NCBI RefSeq assembly: GCF_964355755.1
Contig: NC_092675.1
Location: 15,782,912-15,846,911, forward strand
Direction of reading: 5' to 3'
Source: Antedon mediterranea
Lineage: Eukaryota > Animalia > Echinodermata
DNA: 64,000 bases
Shown piece after piece: positions 35,916 to 48,916 of the stretch (position 1 is the stretch's first letter; every line of letters begins with the position of its first letter). Below the pieces are notes generated by a model. The model had not been told where the DNA came from. It searched no databases and worked only from the letters and a program-made list of their open reading frames with translations. The translations under genes and the position numbers were made by a program.

Positions 35916-37610
35916 GAGAAAGGAAGCAAGTCTGATCCAAATAACTATCGTCCAATCTCCATCCTTCCCTTTTTTTCAAAGGTTCTTGAAAAGATTATTT
36001 ATAACCGCGTTTATGATTTTATAAGCAGGCACAACATTCTTTATAATAAACAATTCGGATTTAGGAAAAACTATTCCACGTCTTTTGCGTTAATTGATTT
36101 AACCAACAACATTATTGATGCAATTCAAAACAATTCTTTTCCCTCTGGCCTGTTTATTGACCTTTCAAAAGCGTTTGATACTATTGACCATCACATTTTA
36201 ATTTCAAAACTTTCAAATTATGGTATCCGTGGTGTTGCTCTTAAACTTTTAAACAATTACTTATCAAATAGATTTCAATGTACTTCTGTTAACAATCATA
36301 CCTCTGATCTTAAGCCCATTACCTGTGGTGTTCCCCAAGGATCCTTGCTTGGCCCTCTTTTATTTCTAATTTACATCAATGATTTACCAAACGCCTCAGA
36401 TATCCTTACTTTTTATCTTTATGCAGATGACACGACTTTATTCTATAAAAGTGTTAACTTTGAATCAATTTTTCATACTTTTAACCAAGAATTAATTAAT
36501 ATCAATGATTACTTTAATGTGAATAAACTTTCAATAAACCTAAATAAATGCAACTTTATGTTGTTTCGAATACGTCACCAAAAACTGACCAGCGAGTCTC
36601 ATAAAATTCTGATTGGTGATCAAGTAATTCCCCATGTTAAGCAAACCAAATTCTTAGGTGTTTTAATTGACCAAGAGCTAAATTTAAAAAATCATATAAA
36701 AGAAATTGAATTAAAAATTTCTAAAAACATTGGCATACTTTATCGTCTTTCTTCCTTTTTACCGTCTCAAATTTTATGCAATATTTACTGTTCCTTTATT
36801 CTGCCTTTTATTAGTTACTGTAACATTGTATGGGCCAATAATTACCCCTCAAATCTTAATAAAATACACGTCCTTCAGAAGAAAGCTGTTCGTCTTATTT
36901 CAGGTAACTCACGTCTTGCCCATTCTAATATCCTTTTTTATAACCTTAAACTCTTAACTGTGCACGATATCAATAAACTCCAACAATGCATTTTCGTCTA
37001 TGAACATATTAATTCCAAACTGCCTTCAAATTGTTCCTGTAATTTTTTAACTAACTCTGAAATCCATTCGTATAACACAAGAGCATCACGGGATCTTCAT
37101 CTTCCTCAACCTAAACTAACTAAAATGAAACATAATATTCGCTATAGTGGTTCTAAACTATTCAATAATCTACCTCCAGTAATTTCATCATCGTCCTCTA
37201 GCAAAATGTTCTCTTTTAAACTTAAAGATTATCTTATTTCAAATTATAACTAATTGTTTTCTCTATTTTGTAATATTGTTTAACTTTTGAAACTTTTCCA
37301 AATTGCTTCCTTTTCTGTTGGTGTCTGTGATGTATGTGTGTGTATGTGCAGTTATGTTTACATTTATATATAAGTATATAATCTTACATGTCTTCCCAAT
37401 ATACAAGTTTTCAGTTGGATTTTTTTTCTTCCAATTGATAGATAACTTTCTTGGGGTTTTTGCCTCTTTCATTTTCAACTGAATCAGCTTTTTTATACAT
37501 TATGATTTACTTTATTATAACTCTAAAAAAAAATAAAAAATATATCAGAAATTATAATGTTTTACTTAAATATGAATATGAAAGAAATAAATGTTTATTT
37601 GAACTTGAAA
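35916..37610 (+). mobile_element. 5'-truncated CR1-group (Crack/Daphne/L2-like) LINE with open RT domain
   Basis: Uninterrupted frame ~35916-37253: NYRPISIL, QFGFR, DLSKAFDT, GVPQGSLLGPLLF, YADDT, KFLGV. The 3' UTR ends aataaa..ttgaacttgaa. No endonuclease domain or start codon. Confidence 0.92.
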
Positions 37611-38619
37611 TAGCAGTCTTTGGGTGCTCCCAATAAAGCGATCCTCAAGGTATACGGTCTCCAGTAACTAGTCCAGACAGCAGGAATCACAAATTTTGGG
37701 AAATAGTTTCTGCATTTTGCAAAGTTGGTCGTGACTGGTCTACACTATACTAGTAAACTTTTTTTTTTTATGAACTCAGAGTTTGCTCACGTTTGCAAAC
37801 TAAAGGAGCGTTTTAGTTTGAATGCAGACGCGTGAGGAACGTAGGAGATGACAGATGCGAGAAAACGCAGCATAAAAACACCTAAATATGCCAAACTGTA
37901 CATAATTATTAGCCAATCATTGTGTACAAATATGAACAAAACAATAAATAAATATATATGTGTTTATTGGAAATCTTCAATTACAATTAGGCGTAATAGC
38001 CTAAATTACTGCTGAACGACACTATCTTTTTATTAAAAATGTCTTTATAAAAAACTCACAATTTTATATAGCATAAAGCTTACAAATTTAACATACAAAC
38101 ATATTATAAAGCTACTATCATTATTACTATTATTGTTATAAAAAAATTGTATACAATAAAATTTACTTGCTAACTATTTAGACTAAAGCATAATTATATG
38201 AAAAATATTATTTTTTTTCAAATTGTAAATCTATCGATATCAAAGCATTAATTTAGAACGTAAAATTGCACAATAATAATTTTCTTTAAGTATATCAAGA
38301 TTAACGAAATTAAGTTAAGAAAAACACGTTTGCTATATTTGTGTTTTTAATTTCGATACAAGAAAAACACATCACAAAAACAACCAATGAAAAGTAACAG
38401 GCATGGATTCGGCACTCTTATTGTTGGAGAACGAATTGGTGTAAATCGTTCCTCTGGTTTTCTTTTCAATTTTTTTTGGTTAGGATATTTTATGGATCAT
38501 ATTTGTGTGTAAATCGCTTAGAAACATTGTATTAGGCACTATATAAGACTTCCATTATTATTTTTATTGTTGTTCTACAGTGCTTTATGATGTAACAATT
38601 TCATTGAAAATACTAGAAA

Positions 38620-41600
38620 AAAATGTTTACCGACAAAGGTTTGATTGTCGTATGGTTTTTTTTCGTCGTAAGAGCATGCGTAATAATTGGAGCTTGCGTT
38701 GGATTCTGTTCCTCATAAGGATTGAATACATATATGTCTGTAGTGATTGTTTGCAAGATGAGAACTGAAGCTACAAAAATTAGAAACCATGCCTTATCCG
38801 ATTCCTGAAAAGTAAAAGATATTATTAATTAATCTATTTAATATAATTATTTGCATTATCAATGTTAGATCTCATGTTGGTGAGTCGGAACTTCATGAAA
38901 TAAGACTTTTAAATGTTGTAAATAATTAAAATTAATTAAGTTTATGTTATGTTTTTAAAATTACGACACTGCTCCATCCTAAATGAGCATTTTACACTTC
39001 TCATGGATTTTCGTGAGAGGGTGACAAGAAGTAGCACTACGTGTAACTTCCGTATACCTATAATTAGGGGATGATGTGCTAGTAAAACATTTATTATAAC
39101 ACTATTAAAGAACAATATTCCTCTTTGTATACAAAATCGTCAAACACAACAACTTTTAAGCACTATAAAATCATATCTTATGGGTACGATACTCCCATAA
39201 TCTGGAGTCTCTGCTTTTAACTATATTTTGTGTCTTTCCTTGAAATTGTATTTTAAATTTTTTTTTTTACAATAATTTTTATACAAATTTTAAACATTTT
39301 AAAGCATAATTTTTAATTTCTTAGATTATTGATTTTTAATTTCTTCTTTTATAATTTGTGTATGGAACCTGTGAAATTTGTTTTTCCATGTTCTGGACCC
39401 CAATGGAATTAAGTATTTTATTTTTTGGGATATCCTTTTGAGTCAAGTCTTACTGTTGTACTGATTTTAATTATTGTTTTATATGTTTATATTGTACGTA
39501 TGTATCTGTATGACTGGTTAATAAAGTAAATAAATCAATCATATAGAAAATAACTAATAATTATATATATAATAAACTAATAATTATAAATCTCATTTAT
39601 TCAATGTCCAGTATATCACTGGGCTGTTTAATTCTATGCATGTGAATATATAATTAATATCATAAAAAATAAATGTCATTATGCTTATAAAAGCATTATT
39701 AGTCAATGAACCTAATACTGTAATTAGATCCATGATTAGTCGTTTTACTGTAAGAAATTATCAATTAAAAGATATTTGTTATTTTTTTAAAGTAAAAAAT
39801 ATATAATCATCATATTATTTGTTTGTTTATTTGTAAATTTAAGGTTTGTATACTGTATTAGAAATTAAAATTTTCCATAGTTAATGTGTTCAATAGTTAG
39901 AATGACACAAATGATAGCCAGTGGATATGATACCGGTGATGATATAATTATGATGATTACTGCGGCTGATTTTTATTAAATAAAAAAACACATACCAGCT
40001 CACCCTGTTTATACCAGTAGCACTGAAAAAGAAAACTAAATACTTTTAAAAGCAATAGTACATATATCATAGAAAGCAACCATAAATGATGATATCAAAA
40101 CAAAGCCAACAGGTCCATAACATCACAATTTTTTATTTATATTTTATAATCAAAGATGTATTATCACCTTAAAAACTGTAATTTAAAGCAAAAAATAGTT
40201 TAATTGGCTGCCAGCCAATGACTTTTTGGTTGTATTTGTCTTTCTTTTTTTTTTCTAAAGAAAAGTGATTAAGTTTATTAAAACCACAAAATGGCCTATT
40301 AAAAGTCTGATTTATTATTCTTCATTTTTTATGTTTTTTGGGGACAATACATCTTTAAACAATCATGGACATAACATAAAGACAATATGAGATAATCAAT
40401 CAACATACCAACGTAATAGCGACATAGCTGCTGAAAGCTAAATTAATAATTAGTAGCCAGAGTTCTCCTCTGTTTTCTGTAGCTCCAACAATAATGCAGA
40501 ATAATACAGACAACTAAAAAAAAAGGATTCAGCATAATAAAGAACAATACGGACAACTACAAAAAGGGATTCAAGGATTTGCTAGCCTGTATTACAATGC
40601 CTAATGAAATACCGCCATGGCCTTGCCCAAATATCTACCATTACCTTAGCTGGCTAGTGGAAATTCATCAGCATATACAGCCTCATTTTACAACATGCAA
40701 TCTGTGATGATTTATTTAAAAGTGTGCAGCTTTCAAACGTTTGTAATCAGCAAGAAAGCATAAGCATTACTAATTAGACCAGTGGGCTAGTAAAAGCCCT
40801 GATATGCATGCTGTAAAAGTATCTATTTTTTATTTAATGTTATTTTCCGAACATTCTTATTTACAAACTTTGAGAGGGCCAACTATATCTGTTATGTCTT
40901 GGGGTTTTTAACAGAGAGCGAAAGAAAAAACAATATCAACAAACGTCCGATTTCTCTATCAAACATTTATTCAAACATAAATTATTACGAACAAAATTAT
41001 ACTTACAAGAACCATAAATATAGTTATTGCAATAAAACCTTTAAGAGCAAGAGTCTAAGGGAAAAATATAAAACAACAATAATCAAATATAAACATTGTT
41101 ATCTTTAACTTAAAGGCCAGGTGCGAGAAAAAAATTTCTATTGATCATACATTCCAATAATTATCTATCTATAGTTTCCACTATGTTTCATAATTTTTGG
41201 GATTTTATTTGTGTTACACAAGCTTGTTGAAAATAAGCACTTTCTTGTCAGTGGGGGGGATAGTTCAAATTACACCGTAAAATCTCAGTAAAATTCTTTT
41301 GTACACAAATTTTGTAAATAGAGAGGCATTTTAAAAAGCTATGAAAAATAAACAGTGTGGTAAAAAATTTTATCAGATGACTAAATATAGGTAATATAAC
41401 TTTAATTTTACATTTCTGATATTTTTATTCAACTTCAGATTTTTATTTTTATGCTACAACAAAAATTATCCACCGTATATCCACCATCTTTTTTTACCTT
41501 CTAGGGAGTCACCCGACATGTTATTATAGTAGGTTAAACTACCTAACTACTGAAAAAAAGTTTTCCTGGTTTTTATGGCAGAATTTTGTCAAATTTTGTA

Positions 41601-42198
41601 TTAAGGGAAATTCATGTTTTTTCATCTTGATTTCTGTTACAAATATTTGATATATGTACAATTAATCAGATATTATATTTAAAATGCATGCCTGTACCTG
41701 AGCTTAAAAGATAGATTGGGGGATTAAGACAAAACATTTGCTTTTGTTCCTGATTCTTGCTTGTAAATTATATTGTTGGTCAAATCAGGGAAGAGTTAAA
41801 TTACAATTAATTTAACTCACCCAGGTTAAATGATGTTCAGAGATGCAAATAAAAACAGAAATATTACTATTAATAATAATATAATACTAACAAGAACAGT
41901 CAACAATCATAATTGAATAACTTTTGTGTAAATTAGATTTAATATTTGATGTATGGTATGATACAAACAAACCAGATTATTGGGAGGGGTGCACAAATGA
42001 CCCTAACACACACAACGGGTCTGAATGATTAATACTTGATTACCTTATTTGTGTTTTCCGAGAAGATTGCCTGTTGCTGACTCTGCTGTTGTTGACTCTG
42101 CTGTTGTTGACTCTGCTGTTGTTGACTCTGCTGTTGTTGACTCTGCTGTTGCTGATTTGGTTGTTGTCTATTATTTGTGTCCTCCATTGTATCCTGTC
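38620..42198 (-). other. Possible small or decayed minus-strand gene with a poly-Q first exon
   Basis: Exon-like 42044-42198 (cag|..MEDTNNRQQPN(QQQQS)n..NK|gt). Further GT/AG-bounded hydrophobic segments lie near 41821, 40409-40520, 40000-40022 and 38630-38804, but no unique in-frame path or family match was found. Confidence 0.3.
42068..42168 (-). repeat. 15-bp tandem repeat encoding (QQQQS)n
   Basis: (ctgttgttgactctg) repeated about 5-6 times. Confidence 0.9.
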
Positions 42199-42460
42199 TG
42201 AAGTTCAAAGACACATGTGCAGAATGGCATAATCATTATGAACCTATTTATGTAGGTCCATGGAAAAGAGACATTGCAATGTCCACAGTTGTATTGTGTA
42301 TTAAGAAGAGCTATTTTAATTATTATACATTTGTTTTGTTATTATTATTATGTTGGTCAAATGAAGATATGAAATGAAAGAGGACAAGAAGGCTAGACTA
42401 GACTAGCTAGCCCTACCTAGAGGCCTACCCTCCCTGTTAATATAATAAATAATAAGGCTA

Positions 42461-43362
42461 GGCCTGTCACGATAAATATGGTCCGGGGCCAAAATCGGTC
42501 CGGCCGGACCAGTTTTGGCTCTAAAATTGTAGCCAAAAGCAGTCCGCCACTGCCAAAATCTTCTGTCGATTTAATTGAATTACTAGGCCTATGATGCTGT
42601 TTTAAGTTGTTTATGGCTAGAAAAATATCCCATGATATATATTAGTAAGTTATCTTGTCGGATAAATACTATAAATAAATATATTTTATCTAAAAACATG
42701 ACTTAGGTGTTCACTCATATTTCGGCCTGCCACACGAACGGGTATGAGACGCTGATATTGCCAGCTAGATTTTATTTATGATTGAGGCCTTTTTCCTTCC
42801 TCAGCCTAATCAATATTGGATAATTGTTTTATAATAATTGTATTGAATTGATATATTGATTGATTAACCATAAATAATTAATAAATTAAATTGTTTTTAA
42901 CATCATGGGGAAACGAAGATGTTAAAAAAGAACAAAATGGATTAAAAACAGGCAGAGATACATATTGTATACAAAAAGCCTAACAATTAGTACTAATTAT
43001 TGATGAGTTACTACTAATAATGATAATAAAAAAAACATGCTTAATTTATAATATTAAAATAACAAATAAAACCCCGTAGTTTTCAATATAATGACTAATC
43101 ATGGCCTTTTTTTAATGATATATACTGTACATTATGACTCATTTTACGCACCATATATTTGTAAGACCGGACCATATTTGGCGGCCAAAAACAGTCCTAC
43201 TGCCCGGACCGATTTTATCCAGGCCGGACCAGTTTTGGCGGCCAAAATTGGTCCGGCTGGACAGGTTTTGGCAGCCATAAATGGTCCCCCAGACTGATTT
43301 TGGCAGCCAAAACTGGTCCGCCGGGCCGATTTTGGCCCGGACTGATTTTGGTGTGACTGGCC
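42461..43362. mobile_element. Harbinger-like MITE
   Basis: Termini ggcctgtcac / gtgactggcc, flanking cta/cta, subterminal ggaccagttttggc / gccaaaactggtcc repeats. Confidence 0.7.
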
Positions 43363-43364
43363 CT

Positions 43365-44280
43365 AGCTAATAGTAGTAGTAGTGGGGTAGGCTAGAGAAG
43401 AGTCCTCCTGGACCTGGCTAGCCTAGATAGCCTGCCTAGAGACTAGGCATATAGCCCTAGCCTACCTAGTAGACTAGACTAGTACTACTCTAGGCTAGTA
43501 GAGGAGGTCACTATATCAATCAACTCAATTCAAACAAGGCGTAAAACTACTAGGCCTAGTAGTAGTAGGCCTAACTAGGCTAGCTAGGCTATGTCTATTT
43601 ATGTTCTTACGGGGCTTAGTGAACCAAATTATGTATTGAATTACCTCTTTTGTTAAACAAATATTCAACACTCATAAAAATAAAATGGTACTGCTGTACT
43701 TTTATGGCACAGTATCTGGAAATTCCCTCTCAACAAACAAACAACAAGTTATCACGTGCTGAAATTATACAGTCGCGTACACACTGTGTATATTGTATGT
43801 CACGTGTCTGGTATTGAACGGATTCGCGCCCTCTCTAATAGTAGTATACATCGAATAAATTGTTTTTAATCAAAGATAGGGCCTAGCCTAGGCTAGTTTT
43901 AATTTTGTAAAATAAACAAACATAGATCCAGCCTTTTTGACCAACCAAACTATTATGCGTATGTTTCATAGCTTTTGTTCTAGCCTAGTCTGCTATATAG
44001 GGATCGATCCCGCCTACTAGCTAGCCTCTAGAGACTAGGCCTAGTAGCTAGATGCCGCTAGCTAGAGGCCGCTAGCTAGCCTATTAGAGGCCCTAGTAGG
44101 CCTAGTAGTAGTATTGGCCTAGCTAGGCCTAAAAAAGTTAAGGCCTAGGCTAACCTGCCCTAGGCCCTAGTATTTAGCCATTTTGGTCTCTAACTAACTG
44201 TTTGCAAACTCTCTAATTAAGGCTAGGCCTCTAACTAGCTTATTGACTAGGCCTAGCTAGCTAGTAGTAGGCTATAATAA
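43365..44280. repeat. CTAG/TAGGCCTA-rich low-complexity tracts flanking a promoter-like core
   Basis: Dense taggcctag, ctagctag and tagtag. The central 43750-43835 has two cacgtg E-boxes and cgcgccctct. Confidence 0.6.
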
Positions 44281-44295
44281 TATTAATAATACCTA

Positions 44296-45095
44296 GTGTT
44301 ATGCGCGATTTGAACGATTTGCGCAATTTGAAATTGCGCAAAAAAAATCCTTGCGCAATTTGAATTGAAACATGTGTTTCAAATTGCGCAAGCAACGTAT
44401 TAAATTGCGCAAGTAATCTGCAAATTGCGCAAGGTTTTTCGACAGATTGTGAAATCATGCACACCCATATTTTTATAGTAATTTCTAAGAATGATTCAAA
44501 ATTAAAGATAAATATTGCATTTCCTTATTTTAGTAGTGCAAATATTGTTATAAGTTAGCATACCGTCGAAGAACCGACGAAGGAAAACGAAGCGGTGGTG
44601 TTCCACCAGCGGGCGCGGCGCGGGCGGCCGGCTATACTACTCTAGCCTAGCCAGGGTCTGGACTACTGATACTGACTAGGTTACATGGCCTAGCTTAAAC
44701 TAATATTAAAAACTTAAAAAGTGAGTATTAAACATTATCTTCATTGAAATGGTCTTATTTATATAATAAAATACTAAATTTTAAACTCCTCTGCCTAGGC
44801 CTAGCCTAGCCATGTATGGGAAAATTTACAGTTCGTTTTCAAATTGTGCAAAGGTGTCATATTGCGCAAGAACTATCTTGCGCAATTTACAAATTGTGCA
44901 GTGCAATTTAAAATTGCGCAAAGATTTTCTTGCGCAATTTGAAATTGCGCAAGTTGATTGCGCAATTTGAAATTGCGAAAAAAAATCCTTGCGCAATTTT
45001 AAATTGCGCAAGAATTCTTTGCGCAATTTCAAATTGCGCAAGGATTTTTTTGCGCAATTTCAAATTGCGCAAATCGTTCAAATCGCGCATAACAC
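44296..45095. mobile_element. MITE with TTGCGCAA palindrome arrays (shorter copy at ~45205-45500)
   Basis: ~70-bp TIR gtgttatgcgcgatttgaacgatttgcgcaatttgaaattgcgca.. / ..tcgcgcataacac, flanked by cta/cta. Confidence 0.8.
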
Positions 45096-45130
45096 CTAGG
45101 CCTACTACTACTAGGCCTATACAGTAATAC

Positions 45131-45160
45131 CATGGAGTAAAGAATATTCTTTACTCCATG
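45131..45160. mobile_element. 30-bp TIR-only micro-element
   Basis: Perfect palindrome catggagtaaagaat|attctttactccatg with flanks gtaatac / ataatac (6/7 TSD). Confidence 0.55.
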
Positions 45161-46374
45161 ATAATACTATATAGATTAGTAGGCTGGTGGTAAAGTATAG
45201 TATAGTTGTTATGCGCGATTTGAGCAATTTCAAATTGAAATTGCCCAAAGAATTCTTGCGCAATTTCAAATTGCGCAATGATTTTCTTGCGCAATATTAA
45301 ATTGCGCAATATTAAATTGCGCAATCAACTATAGCCTAGGCCTACTATTAGTATACAAATATAGGTGAGCATGACTTCACAATCTGTCGAAAAACCTTGC
45401 ACAATTAATCTGCAATTAATCTGCAATTAATTTAATATGTTGCTTGCGCAATTTGAAACACGTTTTAAATCGCGCAAATCGTTCAAATTGCGCATATCAG
45501 TGGTACTCAAGTCCAGCTAGGCCTAGATGCCCAAGCGATCGCCAATCATAGCAGTCTGCCGCATAGAAATCAAGAAGCACCAAATACGCCAAAGCAGTAC
45601 GGTTTAGCTAGTAGTAGGGGCCTAGCTAGGCTAGCAAAAAGGTACTACCATTACCAATCCATGGCGGAAAAATATTTTTCTATTTAGGGCATTCAGGGAC
45701 GGTTGCAGAACTATTTTAAGAGGGTTGCCCACAAGCCCAGGACCGTAGATAACATATTTAACGTCAGAGGAAGTCCCCGACGAAGGTACTTCTGGTAAGC
45801 TAATAAATTCTGGCAATTATAATCAAAAATACAAATTAATTATTATTATCAATTAATAATTTTAAGTTAAACAAAAAATATGAAGCTGCTGCTATAAACG
45901 TTAAATTATATTATTTTGTTCAATAAATCCACTATCATAACTGTACAGCTTCACTTCACAAAATAAACTGTGATCAAAATCTTTAAAAAGAAACACATAA
46001 AACACTGTTATTTCAAAGTTTTGAACGTCTGTAATTTCTACGGAAATTTGGCCCAATATTACGGACATAAGATGAAGATAAATAGGGTACTACGGAAATA
46101 CTTAAATGATGAGAAATCTCTGGCAAAACGCAATAATTTATGGACAAAGCAGACTAGACTAGTGGCCCTGTCGTACCTTCTCATGACACACACAAGCAGT
46201 CCAAACAGTCAGAAATTTATTAGACTGAGCATTCAGAAATATATATCTACACAAAAAATATGCAAAAGACAGCCGGCGGTAAATTGTGCGCAGTATTGTA
46301 ATGCTTAATATTACGCTGTAGTCTGTCAATTTACATAATAGCCTCTTCCAAAACTGGACTTCTGTAACGTTAGG

Positions 46375-47987
46375 TTATTTACCTCCGCCAAGGAGGTATA
46401 TGTAATCGGTACCGTGTGTTTGTTACTTGGCAAAAAAGAATTTTGCCAAGTATAGTATTTACTTTGTTTGTATGTATGTTTGTTTGTTAGCACGATAGCG
46501 CCTACAGTTTTCAAGTTATCGTTCTGAATTTTTGGGTGTAGATAGGTATATACGTTCAGACCATGCCTATTGAAAATCAACAAAATTGGTTTATTAATAA
46601 CTTCACAAATAACAAAAATGATATTATTTTCAGACCGGCTAGTGTTAAAAGATAAGAGACAATTTTCAAAAGCTGGTGAGCAGTCTTAAAGTAACACGTA
46701 AACTGAAATTGCATTTTCTCGAGAACTACTTGTCCAAAAAACCTCATTTTTGGACAAGAGGCAAGGGTTATAATTTGTGATTTGTAATTTTAAAACAAAA
46801 CTTGATTTAATTTGATTTTTTTGTTTCTTTTCAAATTCACCCGTTTGTTTTTGGCGTTGCTGTTCTATCGTTATTTAAATTAAACTATTGTTAGTTGATA
46901 ATTTTTTTTGTTAGTACCACCGTGTGTCCTTCCTTATTTCATTCTGTACATAGGTATATACTTACAGAACATGCCTATTGATTTTCAGGTAAATTGATAA
47001 ATTGGTCATGTCACAAAAGCTTATCTTCCGTACGATATATTAGATAGCACGCATTCTGTCTTCTTTTAACATGGACATATTCTTTTATATGGACGAAAAC
47101 ATTAGTCGACTGGTCAAGCGGTTAAGCTTACTGCATGGGTTAAGGCAGAGGCGCCGCAAATCCTGGTCAATCTTGATTTTAGAAAGGTCGTTTGATGCAA
47201 TGCCAGAATTGTTTGTATCAAAAAATTATTTAAACAAATTATTAACCCCAGCAGGATTTTAACCATGTAAAGCTAATACCTAAAGCAAAAAAATGTATCT
47301 TTCAACATGCTCCGAGTCAGTGGATATATTTTGCCAAGTACTTCACTCAGTTTCTGAGTGCTTTCATTTGTTTGTTTGTTAGCAGGATTACTCAAAAAGT
47401 AATTACAAGATCTTTACCAAAATGAATATACAGATAGATATGTGGTCAAGGACCATTCCATTAAATTTTGGGACCATGGTCTCTCTGGACCACTTTTTAG
47501 TATACTTTTTAAACCTGCTAGTGTTAAAAGAAAGGACAGAATTTTTAAAAAGCCGGCGAGCAGTCTTAAAGTAACAAGTAAACTGAAATTGCATTTTCTC
47601 GAGAACTACTTGTCCAAAAAACTTCTTTTTTGTACAAGAGGCAAGAGTTATAATTTTTGATTTGTAATTTTGAAACATAAATTAATTTCATATGCACGTT
47701 TTTTGATGCGAGTAGTTTAAAAAACCTATTTCTTTTCAAATTCACTCGTTTGATTTTTGCGTTGCTGTTCTATTGTTAGTAAACTGAAGCTATTGTAAAT
47801 TGAAAGGCTTGTTACATAACCATTACACCAAACTCGCATACACATGCTTGTAGTGAAATTATCCTAAATCACAAACAGCATTAAGACACACACAAATATA
47901 TATATATTTTTTTTTTTACTGGAGAAATCTTATGTAGGAGAATTTTACAGTAGGCGGAGGTATGCACTCTCAGAGTGGCTTTCTAGT
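46375..47987 (+). mobile_element. HINE-like element with a second HINE (~46405-47370) nested inside
   Basis: Outer: subTIR acctccgcc / ggcggaggt, 3' hairpin cactctcagagtg, ctagt end. Inner: tacttggcaaaa / ttttgccaagta, hairpin cactcagtttctgagtg. Both carry (gttt)n and share a body (46636-46890 vs 47515-47800). Confidence 0.75.
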
Positions 47988-48699
47988 TATATATGATAAC
48001 ATGGGATCTAAATTTTAATTTAGTGACAGAAAAAAACATTTAGCATGAAATTAAGGGTGTTGCCAGGGCAACTGGGGCAACCCTGGCATTGTCTTCACTG
48101 CTTGCATCAAATTGCACCTCGTTGCACCATCATGCTCAATTTGAACAATTTAAAGAAAAATAGGCCTTATTTATGGTGGTACCTTTTGTAATATATGGAA
48201 CAGTATTCTTCAGTTCAGTAGAAAAATTATAGCATGGCTATTATTATTAATATTATTTATTTAATAAATTTTTTTTTTTATGTTTATTATTAATAATAAA
48301 GCTCATTAATAATAAATTACTAATAGCATGAAGTTTCCAATACAAATGAAACAATACTCAGTGTTACTTACTGTATATTATACAAGTAATGAATGTTTAT
48401 GAGTTGGATTGTGAGAATATTTCAGTTAAAAAATGGACTGCTCTAAAAAATAGGGCAGTCAATTTTTCACCAAATGAAATAATCTCTTCTATCATTCAAT
48501 GAATAATAAACATTCATTCTTTGTTTATAACACCCCTAATTTTATTCATTCGTCAATGATTTATGATGGATAACATCATAAATCATTGACGAATGCTAGG
48601 CCGGGAAGCTAGGACATTAAAACAGTAGTGTTTCAACTTTAGGTACGAAGTAGAACAGTTTTTGACGGAGCGCACAACACGTTGATTTCCAAACGCAAT

Positions 48700-48916
48700 C
48701 AGTCAACAACATCGCATGGCAAACATTTTCAAAATGTTTTCATAAAGCTGAACGTGCATTGGAGCTATTAATTACCTATTAGATACACTTTTTCGTTAGA
48801 TAGTGACACGTGATGCGTAATTTACCAATCAAATTGTAAGAATACATTCAGGTGGGTTATAAATATTATTATTATTCAAGTATCTTTTTTTATACTGTAG
48901 GCATAGAGCTTCTAGT
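48700..48916 (+). promoter_or_regulatory. Probable TMEM38 promoter/5' UTR region
   Basis: E-box cacgtg (~48807), ccaat, a donor gtaag at 48836 and an acceptor ending at 48900, just before the ATG exon. Confidence 0.35.

Noticed and set aside
44826-45127. ORFs rich in RNLKLRK / AQFEIAQ
   Set aside because: Translations of the ttgcgcaa palindrome array.
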